64,000 nucleotides of DNA from an uncultured Spirochaetota bacterium (GTDB lineage Bacteria; Spirochaetota; Spirochaetia; SZUA-6; Fen-1364), in NCBI GenBank assembly GCA_963734545.1, contig CAVTHO010000003.1, positions 224,001-288,000 on the forward strand, read 5' to 3'. This document shows positions 29,705 through 39,420 of this stretch, piece after piece. The translations under genes and the position numbers were made by a program. Every line of letters starts with the position of its first letter. Positions within the stretch are counted from its first letter, which is position 1. The notes below the pieces were generated by a model, which was not told where the DNA came from, did no database searches, and was given only the letters and a program-made list of their open reading frames with translations.

Positions 29705-30655
29705 ATGCCGGACCCCATCGATATCCTGGGGCTCGGCGCCGTCGCGGTCGACGATATTCTCTTCCTGGAGGAGTTCCCGAAGCCTGACGGCAAGTATCGG
29801 GTGATCAGCCGGGAACGACATCCAGGCGGGCTCACGGGTACCGCGCTGGTGGCCGGTTCCCGGCTGGGCAGCCGCTGCGCGTACGCGGGCACGCTGGGCT
29901 CTGACGAGCTCTCGAATTTCGTCAGGGAGAGCCTGTCCGCGGAGGGAGTGTCCGTGGAGCACGTGGTCAGGCAGGAGGGGGCGCTGCCTTTCCGATCGAC
30001 GATAGTGGAAGACAGGGGAGGGAAGACGCGCACCATCCTCTGGGACGCATCCGATGCCATCGGCGCGCACGACTCGCTCCCTGATGAGCGGCTCATCCGA
30101 AGGGCCCGCGTGCTGTTCGTCGACCACGTGGGCGTTGCCGGAATGCTCCGCGCGGCCCGAATCGCCCGGGAGGCCGGAATCCCCGTCGTGGGAGACTTCG
30201 AAGTGCGGCATCCCGCGCCTTTCGACGAGCTCGTCGCCCTGGCAGACCATCTCATTCTTTCGCGGGAATTCGCGGCCGAGCTGACTGGTTCCGTGGACGC
30301 GCGGGCCGCGGCCGAGGCGCTCTGGGATGGCGCTTCTCGCGCGGCAGTGGTCGTGACCATGGGAGCCGAGGGCGCATGGTTCGTGTCGAAGGACCAGCCG
30401 GGAAAGACGCGCTTTCAGCCCGCTTTTGTCGTGGAAGTCGTCGACACGAACGGATGCGGCGACGTGTTTCATGGCGCCTACGCTTCGTGTCTTGTCCGGG
30501 GAATGCCCATGGCCGAGAGGGTGCGGTTTGCCGCGGCAACGGCGGCAATCAAGGCGACCTGCGTGGGCGGCCAGAAGGGCATCCCCACGAGGGGGGAGGT
30601 GGAGCGGTTCCTGCGGGCGCGCAGCAGCGAGGCCCGGAGCTCGGAGGAACCATAG
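29705..30655 (+). CDS. PfkB-family carbohydrate kinase (sulfofructose-kinase-like)
   Basis: GLGAVAVD, PGGLTGTA, VVTMGAEG and VVDTNGCGDVFHGAY; alternative ATG at 29663 overlaps the RLP stop. Confidence 0.9.
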   Translation: MPDPIDILGLGAVAVDDILFLEEFPKPDGKYRVISRERHPGGLTGTALVAGSRLGSRCAYAGTLGSDELSNFVRESLSAEGVSVEHVVRQEGALPFRSTIVEDRGGKTRTILWDASDAIGAHDSLPDERLIRRARVLFVDHVGVAGMLRAARIAREAGIPVVGDFEVRHPAPFDELVALADHLILSREFAAELTGSVDARAAAEALWDGASRAAVVVTMGAEGAWFVSKDQPGKTRFQPAFVVEVVDTNGCGDVFHGAYASCLVRGMPMAERVRFAAATAAIKATCVGGQKGIPTRGEVERFLRARSSEARSSEEP

Positions 30656-30746
30656 TCGAGGATCCTCCGCCCGGTTCAGCAGGGCAGCGCGGATCGTTCC
30701 GGCCCGCTGCTTGTTGCGCATTGAGAGTGCCGCTATAATTCGGCGC

Positions 30747-32904
30747 ATGCCGCCCATCATCCGGATGTCTCGCGCCGTGACTGCCCTTATCGTGCTCATG
30801 ACAGCGGCCGCGGGACACGCTGCCGGAGACGCACCCTCGCTTCAGGCCGGCACGATCCAGGTGAGCGACGCGGATCTGAGGAAGACAATCGATCTGGCGG
30901 GCGAATGGGAGCTGTACTGGGGAAGGCTCCTCGACCCGGGGGACTTCAGCGACGGGCTCCCGGCAGGCGGCGGCGCGCCCTGGATCATTCGCGTTCCGAC
31001 ATCCTGGAACGACGTGAGCAACGGCTTCCCGGGAACCGGCTCCGCTACCTATCGCCTTCTCGTGAAGCTGCCGGAGACGACCACGGAGCCCCTGGGACTC
31101 TATCTGAAGAACATCGCCACCGCCTATCGCCTCTTCTGCAACGGCATGCTGATCGCGGAAAACGGCACGGTGTCTTCCCGCATCGACCAGATCCGCGGCA
31201 CGTATGCCGCGCGGACGGTTTTTTTCACGGCACAGGGAAGGCTCGAGATCGTTCTGCAGGTCAGCAACGCGGAGGAAGTCAAGGCAGGCGTGAACACCCC
31301 GCCCCGTCTCGGCTACCAGTCGGCAATCGCGCCCGTGGGAGCATGGGAGATGATTCTCGACGCCATCATCTACGCATTCGTTCTCGCCATGGGCCTCTAC
31401 CACATCCTTCTCTCCATCATCCACCCCGAGGAGAAAGCGTCTCTCTACTTCGGCCTGCTCGCCGTGGACCTCGCGCTGCGCGGCGCGCTGACCGGCTCGC
31501 GGCTCCTCCACCAGTTCGCGGGAAGCTTTGGCTTCCACACCCTCATTGCCCGCGGAGTTCATCACCGTCTACGTGGCAGGGGCCCTCATCTTCCTCTGCT
31601 TCCACCACCTGTTTCCCCGGGAGAGCCCCCATGCGGCACGGATCCCCGTTCTCGCCGTCAGCGGCGCCTACAGCCTTTTCGCCATTCTCGCGCCCATCCG
31701 TGCCATCGTGGCGGTGCACCTCTACTACGAGCTGTTCCTGCTCGCCGAGGGCGTGCTTCTCCTGGTGTGGCTCATCCGGTCCCTCGTTGCGCACCGCGAG
31801 GGCTCGGTTCTCATGCTGGCGGGACTTGTCATCATGCTCGGCGGCGCAACCTACGACATCATCATCGACCAGCTCCACACCTTCGGCATTTTCGTTACCT
31901 CCTATGCCGTGGTGGTATTCATCTTCCTCCAGTCAGCCCTGATCGCGCGGCGGTACGCGCGGGCTTTCACCTCTGCCCGGGACAATCTGAAGATCTCCGA
32001 GGGGCTCGCCTCGGGCTACAGCCGGTTCGTGCCCCGCGAGTTCCTGAGCCTCCTGGGAAAGGAGTCGATCATGAACGTGGAGCTCGGCGATCAGATCGAG
32101 ATGAATCTCACGGTCCTGTTCGCCGACATCCGCGCGTTCACCGCCCTCTCCGAGAAGATGACCCCGAGGGAGAATTTCAACTTCCTCAACTCCTTTCTCA
32201 GCAGGATCTCTCCCGTCATCCGGCGCAACAATGGCTTCATCGACAAGTACATGGGAGACGGCATCATGGCGCTGTTCCCGCGCGCGCCTGACGACGCGCT
32301 CCACGCCGGGGTGGAGCTGCTGGAGACGGTGCGGCTGTTCAACCGGCATCGGGCCAACTCGGGCTACCAGCCCATCTTCATCGGGGTCGGGATCAATTGC
32401 GGCAGGCTCATGCTCGGCACGGTGGGCGAGGCGTCCCGAATGGAAGGCACCGTCATCTCCGACGTGGTGAACCTCACCTCGCGCCTGCAGGGCCTCACGA
32501 GATTGTACGGCCCCAACATCATCGTGAGCAATCATCTGATTGAATCCTGCCCGGAAACCGCCGGCTATCCGCGGCGCTATCTCGGCAGCGCTCCCGTCAG
32601 GGGGAAATCCGAGGTCGTGGCATTGTACGAGATCATCGACGTGGTGGACGAAAGCCGCGTCCGCACGAGCCGGCGCTTCGAGACGGCCGTCCTGAGCTTC
32701 GAGCAGGAGCGGTACCCCGAGGCAGCGGCGGGATTCCGGGCGGTCCTCGCGGAAGATCCCGCCGACGTGGCGGCCCGTCACTATATCGATCGCCTGCTGG
32801 ACATCGCCCGCGCAAGAAGCGGGCGCCCCCGGCGCGTGGGAGTTCAGGGCGGCCGGCTGATCCACCCTGTGCGGCCGCGCGGCCGGTCTCGATTGTCGGA
32901 TTGA
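30747..32904 (+). CDS. 7TM-DISM sensor class III adenylate/guanylate cyclase (frameshift near 31550)
   Basis: DLAGEWELYW and VPTSWN extracellular domain, 7TM region, TVLFADIRAFT, IDKYMGDGIMALF, TVISDVVNLTSRL. Confidence 0.88.
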
Positions 32905-32929
32905 TCCCCGGATGGCCTGCGCGGCGCGG

Positions 32930-34429
32930 CTATCTCCGATTTGCCCTGAAAAGGTCCGCGTACAACTGCTCATATGTGCCGAGGAGATCCCGGTAGAGCG
33001 CACTGCGCGCCTGGTCGGGTTCCTGCTTCCCTGCAAGATCGACAAGAGCGGTGGACTCTTCGAGGCTCCTGATGGCGCCGAGCGCGCGCAGGCCGAGGAG
33101 CACGCCGCCCCACGCGGCGGCTTCAGGCACGCGCGGCAGCCAGAGGGTTCTTCCGAAGAAGTCGGCCACGATCTGCAGCCAGGCAGGCGACTTCAGAATT
33201 CCACCGGTGACGACGAGATCGAGCTCCGAGTCCGGCACCAGCATTCGATAGACGGAGTAGAGATTATACGCGAGCCCTTCCATGAGAGCACGCACAAGGT
33301 GCGCGCGGGTGTGGCTGAAGGTGAGTCCGTACAGGGCGCCCCGGGCCTGCGGTCGATAGTGGGGGCACCTTTCGCCGCCCAAGAGGGGAATGAAACAGAG
33401 ACCCTCGGCTCCGACCGGGATCTCCGCGGAAAGGCTGTTCATCAGGCTGAAGACATCCTCGCCTTCTCCTGCCGGCGGCATCAGGGTGTCTGCGAACCAG
33501 CGAAGGGCGTTTCCCGCATCGTGGAGGACGCCGCCGAGAAGCCAGTTGCCCTCCGCGAGGTAGTAGCACCACGCCTCGGTCCCCGGCAGGATTCCGGGGG
33601 AGGGGAGACGCCTGCGCAGCGCGGCCCCGGTGCCGACTGTGAGGCTCATCCTTGTCTCTGCCAACCCGGCGCTTCCGAGGTGCGAGTGGGCCCCATCAGC
33701 GGCGCCAATGACGCACGGGGTGCCTTCGCGCAGCCCGAGCCGGGAAGCAGGCTCCCGCCTCAGCCCCGGGAGAACGAGGGTCGGCTCAACGCATTCGGAA
33801 AAACGGTCCGGCCCAAGGCCGACTTCGGAGAGCAGGCCGGCATCCCAATCCAGGGTGCTCATGTTCAACAGCCCGGTGCCTGACGCAATGGAAAGGTCCA
33901 CCTTGCGCGCGCCGAACAGGCGCTGAATGACATACTCCTTGATCGAGACAAACCTGTCGGCGCGCTTGAACACCTCGGGCGCTTCCTCGCGCATCCACGC
34001 AAGGCGGGAAGGGAAATACATCGGGTGCAGAGAGCAGCCTGTCCGCCGCTTGACGTCCTCCGTGTCGAGGCGCTCCCTGAGCCGCTCGTTCTGCGGGAGG
34101 GACCGGGTATCCGCCCAGATCGAGGCGCGCGAAAGAGCCACTCCGTCACGGTCAACCGGCACCATGCTCTGCCACACCCCGTCGAATACGATTGCATCGA
34201 TCTCACCCGGTGATATGCGGGAGCTCTCCACGAGGCGGCGGATTGCGCGCCCCACTGCCGCCAGGACCTCTTCCGGGTCCTGCTCGACGCAGCCGGGTCC
34301 GGGGTACACCGTGTCGTAGGGCTCGGTTTCCAGCCCGTCGACACCTGATTCCTGCCGATACAGGACTGCTTTCGTGCTCGTTGTACCGATGTCAACGGAA
34401 ATGAGCCGGATGCCTTTCTTGCTGCGCAT
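32930..34429 (-). CDS. gntK: FGGY-family sugar kinase, gluconokinase-like
   Basis: VDIGTTSTKA, VEQDPEE, IWADTRS, SIKEY, DLSIASGTGL, GERCPHY. Confidence 0.8.
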   Translation of the reverse strand: MRSKKGIRLISVDIGTTSTKAVLYRQESGVDGLETEPYDTVYPGPGCVEQDPEEVLAAVGRAIRRLVESSRISPGEIDAIVFDGVWQSMVPVDRDGVALSRASIWADTRSLPQNERLRERLDTEDVKRRTGCSLHPMYFPSRLAWMREEAPEVFKRADRFVSIKEYVIQRLFGARKVDLSIASGTGLLNMSTLDWDAGLLSEVGLGPDRFSECVEPTLVLPGLRREPASRLGLREGTPCVIGAADGAHSHLGSAGLAETRMSLTVGTGAALRRRLPSPGILPGTEAWCYYLAEGNWLLGGVLHDAGNALRWFADTLMPPAGEGEDVFSLMNSLSAEIPVGAEGLCFIPLLGGERCPHYRPQARGALYGLTFSHTRAHLVRALMEGLAYNLYSVYRMLVPDSELDLVVTGGILKSPAWLQIVADFFGRTLWLPRVPEAAAWGGVLLGLRALGAIRSLEESTALVDLAGKQEPDQARSALYRDLLGTYEQLYADLFRANRR

Positions 34430-34452
34430 AAGGTGGTTCCCGGGCTTCTCGC

Positions 34453-35484
34453 CTACGGCTCCAGGATGACCTTCATGAGACCGGGCTCCTCCCGGTAGAG
34501 CCTGTCGAACCAGGCTGCGCCCTCGGAGAGTGGGGCGCGGGCGCTGATGAATGACTCCACGTTCACGCGCCCGCGCGCGATCAGGTCGAGGCTGGCCGGG
34601 TATTCCCCCTGGGAGGCGCAGGAACCGAGAAGAGAGAGCTGGCGGGTAACGACCGTCTGGAGACCGAGCTCGATCCGGGGCGAGAGGTTGCCCACCAGGA
34701 CCACCCTTCCCCCCATGCGTACCGCGCTCAGGGCGCTGCCCACCGCCGCGCTGATCCCGACTGCTTCCAGGGCAAAGTCCGCGCCCCGGCCTTCCGTCCT
34801 CTGGAGCACCTGCTGCACCGATTCCGGTGAACGGGAGTCGAGACCCACATCCGCTCCGAGCTCGCGGGCCCGGCGCAGCTTGTCCGGGTCGATGTCGAAT
34901 GCCGCGATCGTGCCGCATCCCGATGCCCGCAGGACCTGGATGATGAGGAGACCGATCATCCCGGCCCCGACGACGACCGCGCACTCGCCCACCTCGGGAC
35001 GGGCCAGGCGCACCGCGTGGAAGGCGACGGCCAGCGGCTCGGTCATCGCCGCGTGAGCGAACGAGACTTCGGCCGGGATCCGGCAGAGGATGTGCGCGGG
35101 CACGGCAACGTACTGGGCAAAGGCCCCATTGCGCCGATAGTCTGCGCATGATACGCCGAGCACCCTGCGGCGCTCGCAGAGGTTGATCTCTCCCCTGCGG
35201 CAGCGCCAGCACTCACCGCACCAGATGGTGGAATCGAAGGTGACCCGGTCTCCGACGCTCCACCCCTTCACGCGCGCGCCGGTCTCTGCGATTGTCCCGG
35301 ACGCTTCGTGGCCCATGATGACAGGTGGGAGCCGGCGGCCTGTCGAGCCGTCCATTCCATGTACGTCGCTGCCGCAGATTCCGCACGCCTTGACCGCGAC
35401 CCGCACCTCGTTCTCCTCGATCTGCGGGTCAGGCACGTCACCATACACGAGCTTGCCGTACTCCTGCAGTGTCAACGCCTTCAT
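34453..35484 (-). CDS. Zn-dependent polyol/sugar-acid dehydrogenase (MDR; galactitol-1-P or L-idonate dehydrogenase-like)
   Basis: CGICGSD, GHEASG, CGECWRCRRGEINLC, GAGMIG; ATGA overlap with the upstream SDR. Confidence 0.9.
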   Translation of the reverse strand: MKALTLQEYGKLVYGDVPDPQIEENEVRVAVKACGICGSDVHGMDGSTGRRLPPVIMGHEASGTIAETGARVKGWSVGDRVTFDSTIWCGECWRCRRGEINLCERRRVLGVSCADYRRNGAFAQYVAVPAHILCRIPAEVSFAHAAMTEPLAVAFHAVRLARPEVGECAVVVGAGMIGLLIIQVLRASGCGTIAAFDIDPDKLRRARELGADVGLDSRSPESVQQVLQRTEGRGADFALEAVGISAAVGSALSAVRMGGRVVLVGNLSPRIELGLQTVVTRQLSLLGSCASQGEYPASLDLIARGRVNVESFISARAPLSEGAAWFDRLYREEPGLMKVILEP

Positions 35485-36275
35485 GTCGTTCCTTTTCGAG
35501 GGAGTGCCCTGATGGCGCCCACGGACAGCCCGCCGTCCACGAGGATGGTCTGTCCCGTCAGGTAGCGGCTTTCCTCCGAGGCAAGGAAGAGCGCCGCGCC
35601 GTCCAGGTCGTTCGGGGCGCCCGGCCGTCCGAGCGGGATCCTCTCGGAGAGGTACTCCACCCAGCCCGGATCCTCGTACAGGGCCGCGTTCTGCGCCGTC
35701 TTGAACCACCCGGGGGCGAGGCAGTTCACCGTGATTCCGTACTCGCCCCAGTCGTGCGCAAGGCTCATCGTGAGCTGTCGGATGCCCCCGCGGCTGGCCC
35801 CGTACGGGCCCAGACCCGCGTAGCCGGCCACGGATGTCTCGGAGCCGATGTTGATGATGCGGCCGTAGCGCGCTTCGATCATGAACCGGGCGATGGCCTG
35901 GGCCACGAAAAACGTCCCTCTCAGGTTCGTGTCCAGGATCAGGTTCCAGTCCTCCCACGTGACATCGACCGCCCGCTTTCGCACGTTGCACCCCGCGTTG
36001 TTGATCAGGATATCGATCTTTCCGAACGCCTTCTTCGCGGCAGCGGCCATGCGCTGAATGCTCTCGTAGTCACGCACGTCGAGCTCGACGGGAACTGCCC
36101 TGCGGCCGATCTCCTCGATCTCCCGGGCAAAGGCCGCCAGAGTGTCGATGTGCCGGCTCGTGATGATCAGGTCCGCACCGGCCCGGGCCAGCGCCCGGCC
36201 GAAGTACTGACCGAGCCCGCGGCTCGTCCCTGTCACCAGTGCAACTTTTCCTGAAAGATCGAACGGCCGGGCCAT
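35481..36275 (-). CDS. SDR oxidoreductase, gluconate 5-dehydrogenase/KduD-like
   Basis: TGTSRGLG, NNAG, NCLAPGWFKT, GQTILVDGG; catalytic motif reads YGASR. Confidence 0.88.
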   Translation of the reverse strand: MARPFDLSGKVALVTGTSRGLGQYFGRALARAGADLIITSRHIDTLAAFAREIEEIGRRAVPVELDVRDYESIQRMAAAAKKAFGKIDILINNAGCNVRKRAVDVTWEDWNLILDTNLRGTFFVAQAIARFMIEARYGRIINIGSETSVAGYAGLGPYGASRGGIRQLTMSLAHDWGEYGITVNCLAPGWFKTAQNAALYEDPGWVEYLSERIPLGRPGAPNDLDGAALFLASEESRYLTGQTILVDGGLSVGAIRALPRKGTT

Positions 36276-36376
36276 TTCGCGTGCCTCCCTCATGGTGCCG
36301 GGCATGATATGCCCAGTCAGGATATATCGCAAGACGACGGGCTGCCGAATGCCGGGCGGCGAGGCCGGGGCGGTCG

Positions 36377-37795
36377 TCAGACCACAAGGACAATCTGGAT
36401 GTCGCAGACGTTGGTCCCTGTCGGCCCCGTGATGAACAGGCCGTCAAGCCGTTTCAGAAGGGTATGGGAATCGTTTTGTCGGAGGGAGTCCTGGACGCTC
36501 AGACCCGCTGCCCGCGCAGCCTCGACAAACGACGCACGGGCAAACCCGCCCGCCGCATTTGTGGGCCCATCCTCGCCGTCCGTGGAGAAGGAGAGGACGT
36601 ACGTCCCGGAAAGCAGGGCGGGCTCCTTTTCCATCTCCTGGAGGAATGCGACGGCCAGCTCCTGGTTTCTTCCCCCCTTTCCATGGCCTCTCAGCGTGAC
36701 GGTCGTCTCTCCGCCGGCGAGTATGCAGGCCGGCCGCGCGCGGGGCAGGCCCGAGGCTGCCACGTCCGCCGCCACCGCGGCAAGCAGCCGGGCGGCTTCG
36801 CGCGCCTCGCCTGTCATGCGGGAGGTGAGGATGAGGGTGTTGTAGCCGAGCCGCCTGGCCTCGTCGTCGGCGCTTTTCAGCGCGAGGAGGTTCGTGCCGA
36901 CCAGGACGTGGGATGCCGTGGAGAGCTCCGGCGTCCCGGGCTTTGGCGTCTCCGGGATCCTTCCCGCGGCGCCGTCCCTGAGCACCTTCAGGACCGGCGT
37001 CGGGAGCGTGGAGTCGATCCCGTAGCGGGTGATGATCGACAGGGCGCGCTCGTAGGTGGTCGAGTCGGGAAAGGTCGGCCCCGAAGCGATTGTCTGCAGG
37101 TCATCGCCCACGACGTCGGACAGCACGAGGCTGACAGATGTGGCAGGAGCAATACGCCGCGCGAGCCTGCCCCCGGCAAGGAGAAGGAGATGCTTGCGGA
37201 TGCAGTTCATCTCGTCGATGGCCGCGCCGCAGGCCAGAAGCTGTCGGGTGGTCTCCTGGATGTCCGCCAGAGTGATGCCCGCGTTCCCCTGGCCCAGGGG
37301 CGCGGCAAGGAGGGAGGAGCCGCCGCCTGAGATGAGAACTATCACGAGGGTGGATTCGTCTGCCTCATCCGCAAGGGCGGCGATCTCGGCTGCCGCCCGC
37401 ACGCTGTTCTCATCCGGAACAGGATGCCCTCCCGGAACCGTGCGGATCCGCCGCAGCCCGCCGACGTACCCGACGGACGGGGTACTCCCCGAACGGGTAC
37501 TCCCGTACCCGGCGGATTGGCGCTGCTCATGTCCCGGTTTCACGACGATCAGGCCCCTGTCGATCCGTGTTCCGAGCGTCTCCTCGACGGCCCGGGCCAT
37601 GGGTCCGGCCGCCTTGCCGAAACCCATCACGAAGATCTTCCGGAACCGGGCAAGATCGAAATCCTGCCGCGCGTTTCCCGCCTGCACGCGCAGCGCCCCG
37701 TCGTCGATGCGGACGCTCCTGGCGACGATTGCGTACGGATCCGCCGCCTCCAGGGACGCCTGGGCGATCCGCCGCAGGTCTTTCACCGGATCCAT
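36377..37795 (-). CDS. Glycerate kinase type 2 (DUF4147/MOFRL)
   Basis: GFGKAA, GHPVPDENS, LISGGGSSL, SDVVGDDLQTIASGPT, GGETTV, GGRNQE, TGTNVCD. Confidence 0.92.
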   Translation of the reverse strand: MDPVKDLRRIAQASLEAADPYAIVARSVRIDDGALRVQAGNARQDFDLARFRKIFVMGFGKAAGPMARAVEETLGTRIDRGLIVVKPGHEQRQSAGYGSTRSGSTPSVGYVGGLRRIRTVPGGHPVPDENSVRAAAEIAALADEADESTLVIVLISGGGSSLLAAPLGQGNAGITLADIQETTRQLLACGAAIDEMNCIRKHLLLLAGGRLARRIAPATSVSLVLSDVVGDDLQTIASGPTFPDSTTYERALSIITRYGIDSTLPTPVLKVLRDGAAGRIPETPKPGTPELSTASHVLVGTNLLALKSADDEARRLGYNTLILTSRMTGEAREAARLLAAVAADVAASGLPRARPACILAGGETTVTLRGHGKGGRNQELAVAFLQEMEKEPALLSGTYVLSFSTDGEDGPTNAAGGFARASFVEAARAAGLSVQDSLRQNDSHTLLKRLDGLFITGPTGTNVCDIQIVLVV

Positions 37796-37831
37796 GACGT
37801 CAGCCCGGATGCAGAGAAGGCGCGGAGGGAG

Positions 37832-38806
37832 TCATGGCTCTCTTCTCCGGTAGCGCTCGGGATGGGCCCGGCACTCTTCGGCAAAATCCGCGATCATGCG
37901 CGGCAGGGAGTACTCGGGCTCCCACCCGAGCTCTCGACGGGCGCTCCCCTCGTCGAATGACAGCCCTTGAAGCTTCTCGTGAAACTCCATGGGGAAGGCC
38001 TCCGGCTTGAAGCCGATGGCGGCCCCGGGGAACTGCTCGCGAATGGCGGCAGCCAGCTCTCCGGCGGAAGGCGCCGGCGCGACGCCCGCGAGAATGTAGC
38101 AGACTGCCTTCACCGCTTCCCGGGGAGCTGCATCGAGAACGAGGAGGGACCGGGCCGCATCCTTGAAGTAGAGAACCGGGCACCGGATGTGCGGCTCCAC
38201 GAAGATGTCATAGGGCTCTCCGCGGACCGCCTTCTCTATGGCCCAGGAATTATAGATCGAGACGTGCGGAACAGAGGCGCCGGGACCGACGACCGAGGGG
38301 AAGCGCACTGCCCTGAAGTCGAGGCCGAAACGAGTGCCATAGAACCTGCCCATCAGCTCGCCGAATACCTTTGTCGTGCCGTACAACGTGCCGGGGCGCT
38401 GCAGGGTCCGGTCACCGATGGACTGCCCCTCGATGTCGAGGCCGTACGTGGCGGTGGTGCTCGTGAACCGCACGTGCTCCACCTCGAGCAGCCGGGCGGC
38501 CTCGAGGACGTGGAATGTACCCTCGACGTTGGCCGCAAATGCGGCCGGCGGGTCGGCGTTGGCGGGGATCGACAGCATTGCCCCGAGGTGGTAGATGACG
38601 CCTGGCCTCGACTGCTTCACCGCGTCCAGTACGTGAGAGAAGCGCTCCAGCTCCCCTCGGATCGTCCTGACCCTGTCTTCGATCCCGGAAAAACGCTGCG
38701 GCACGATGGCCTGGTCGAAAACCCAGACGAGCTCGCCGCGCGCTGCCAGCATCCGCGCAAGCGTGGACCCGATGAGCCCGGATCCCCCTGTGATGAGCAC
38801 CGACAT
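37832..38806 (-). CDS. NAD-dependent epimerase/dehydratase-family protein (L-threonine-dehydrogenase-like extended SDR)
   Basis: ITGGSGLIG, HLGAMLS, YGTTK, GLDFRAVRFP. Confidence 0.85.
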   Translation of the reverse strand: MSVLITGGSGLIGSTLARMLAARGELVWVFDQAIVPQRFSGIEDRVRTIRGELERFSHVLDAVKQSRPGVIYHLGAMLSIPANADPPAAFAANVEGTFHVLEAARLLEVEHVRFTSTTATYGLDIEGQSIGDRTLQRPGTLYGTTKVFGELMGRFYGTRFGLDFRAVRFPSVVGPGASVPHVSIYNSWAIEKAVRGEPYDIFVEPHIRCPVLYFKDAARSLLVLDAAPREAVKAVCYILAGVAPAPSAGELAAAIREQFPGAAIGFKPEAFPMEFHEKLQGLSFDEGSARRELGWEPEYSLPRMIADFAEECRAHPERYRRREP

Positions 38807-38817
38807 GGCCACCTCCC

Positions 38818-39243
38818 CTAGGAAGGCTGTTTCACGTCCTCAGCCGGTGACCGCATCCGGCGGGCGGACTCCGCCTTCCGCGCGCGCTCGGCGAGGAGAC
38901 GGTAGGCTTCCTCGGGGTCAGTGACCTCGCGCAGCAGGTTCTCCGTGCCGCAGTCGATTTCTTCCACGAGCACGTCCCACGTGCAGGCCACTCCCGCGCG
39001 GTCGAGGACCTCCTTTCCCAGGCGGCTCAACATTCCCGCGTGCGTCCTGCGCGCACCCAGCCTTGCGATCAGAAAGGCCGAGCCCCGGCCGACCACCTTG
39101 TCGCGAATCTCGCCTTGGGAGGCGTTGATCCCGCGAATCTTCAGGAACTGCTCCAGCTCGAACAATGGATGAAGCCATTTACCGGCGCTGGCAAAGAGCA
39201 CCTGGCCGTCCATGAGAAACTCGAGCGATGCGTCCGATGCCAT
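38818..39243 (-). CDS. DUF1893-like protein
   Basis: LHPLF, DKVVGRGSAFL and IDCGTE motifs. Confidence 0.7.
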   Translation of the reverse strand: MASDASLEFLMDGQVLFASAGKWLHPLFELEQFLKIRGINASQGEIRDKVVGRGSAFLIARLGARRTHAGMLSRLGKEVLDRAGVACTWDVLVEEIDCGTENLLREVTDPEEAYRLLAERARKAESARRMRSPAEDVKQPS

Positions 39244-39420
39244 AGTGTCCTTTCAGAGAGTGGACCGTGTGCTCCATCATACCCGACAGGGGGCTGTCCG
39301 TCACGGGCCTCGGGTCCTTTTCCTGTGATCATATTCCGGCATTACTATGGAGGATATCGATGCCGCCGCGGCGTGCCGTCCGGCCTTCCTTCGCGCGGCA
39401 GCTTCTGCTATCCTCTGCCC

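Noticed and set aside
32930-35212. 760-aa extended kinase ORF and similar N-terminal extensions in the ORF track
   Set aside because: The extensions overlap neighbouring genes; motif-based starts lie downstream (for example 34429)
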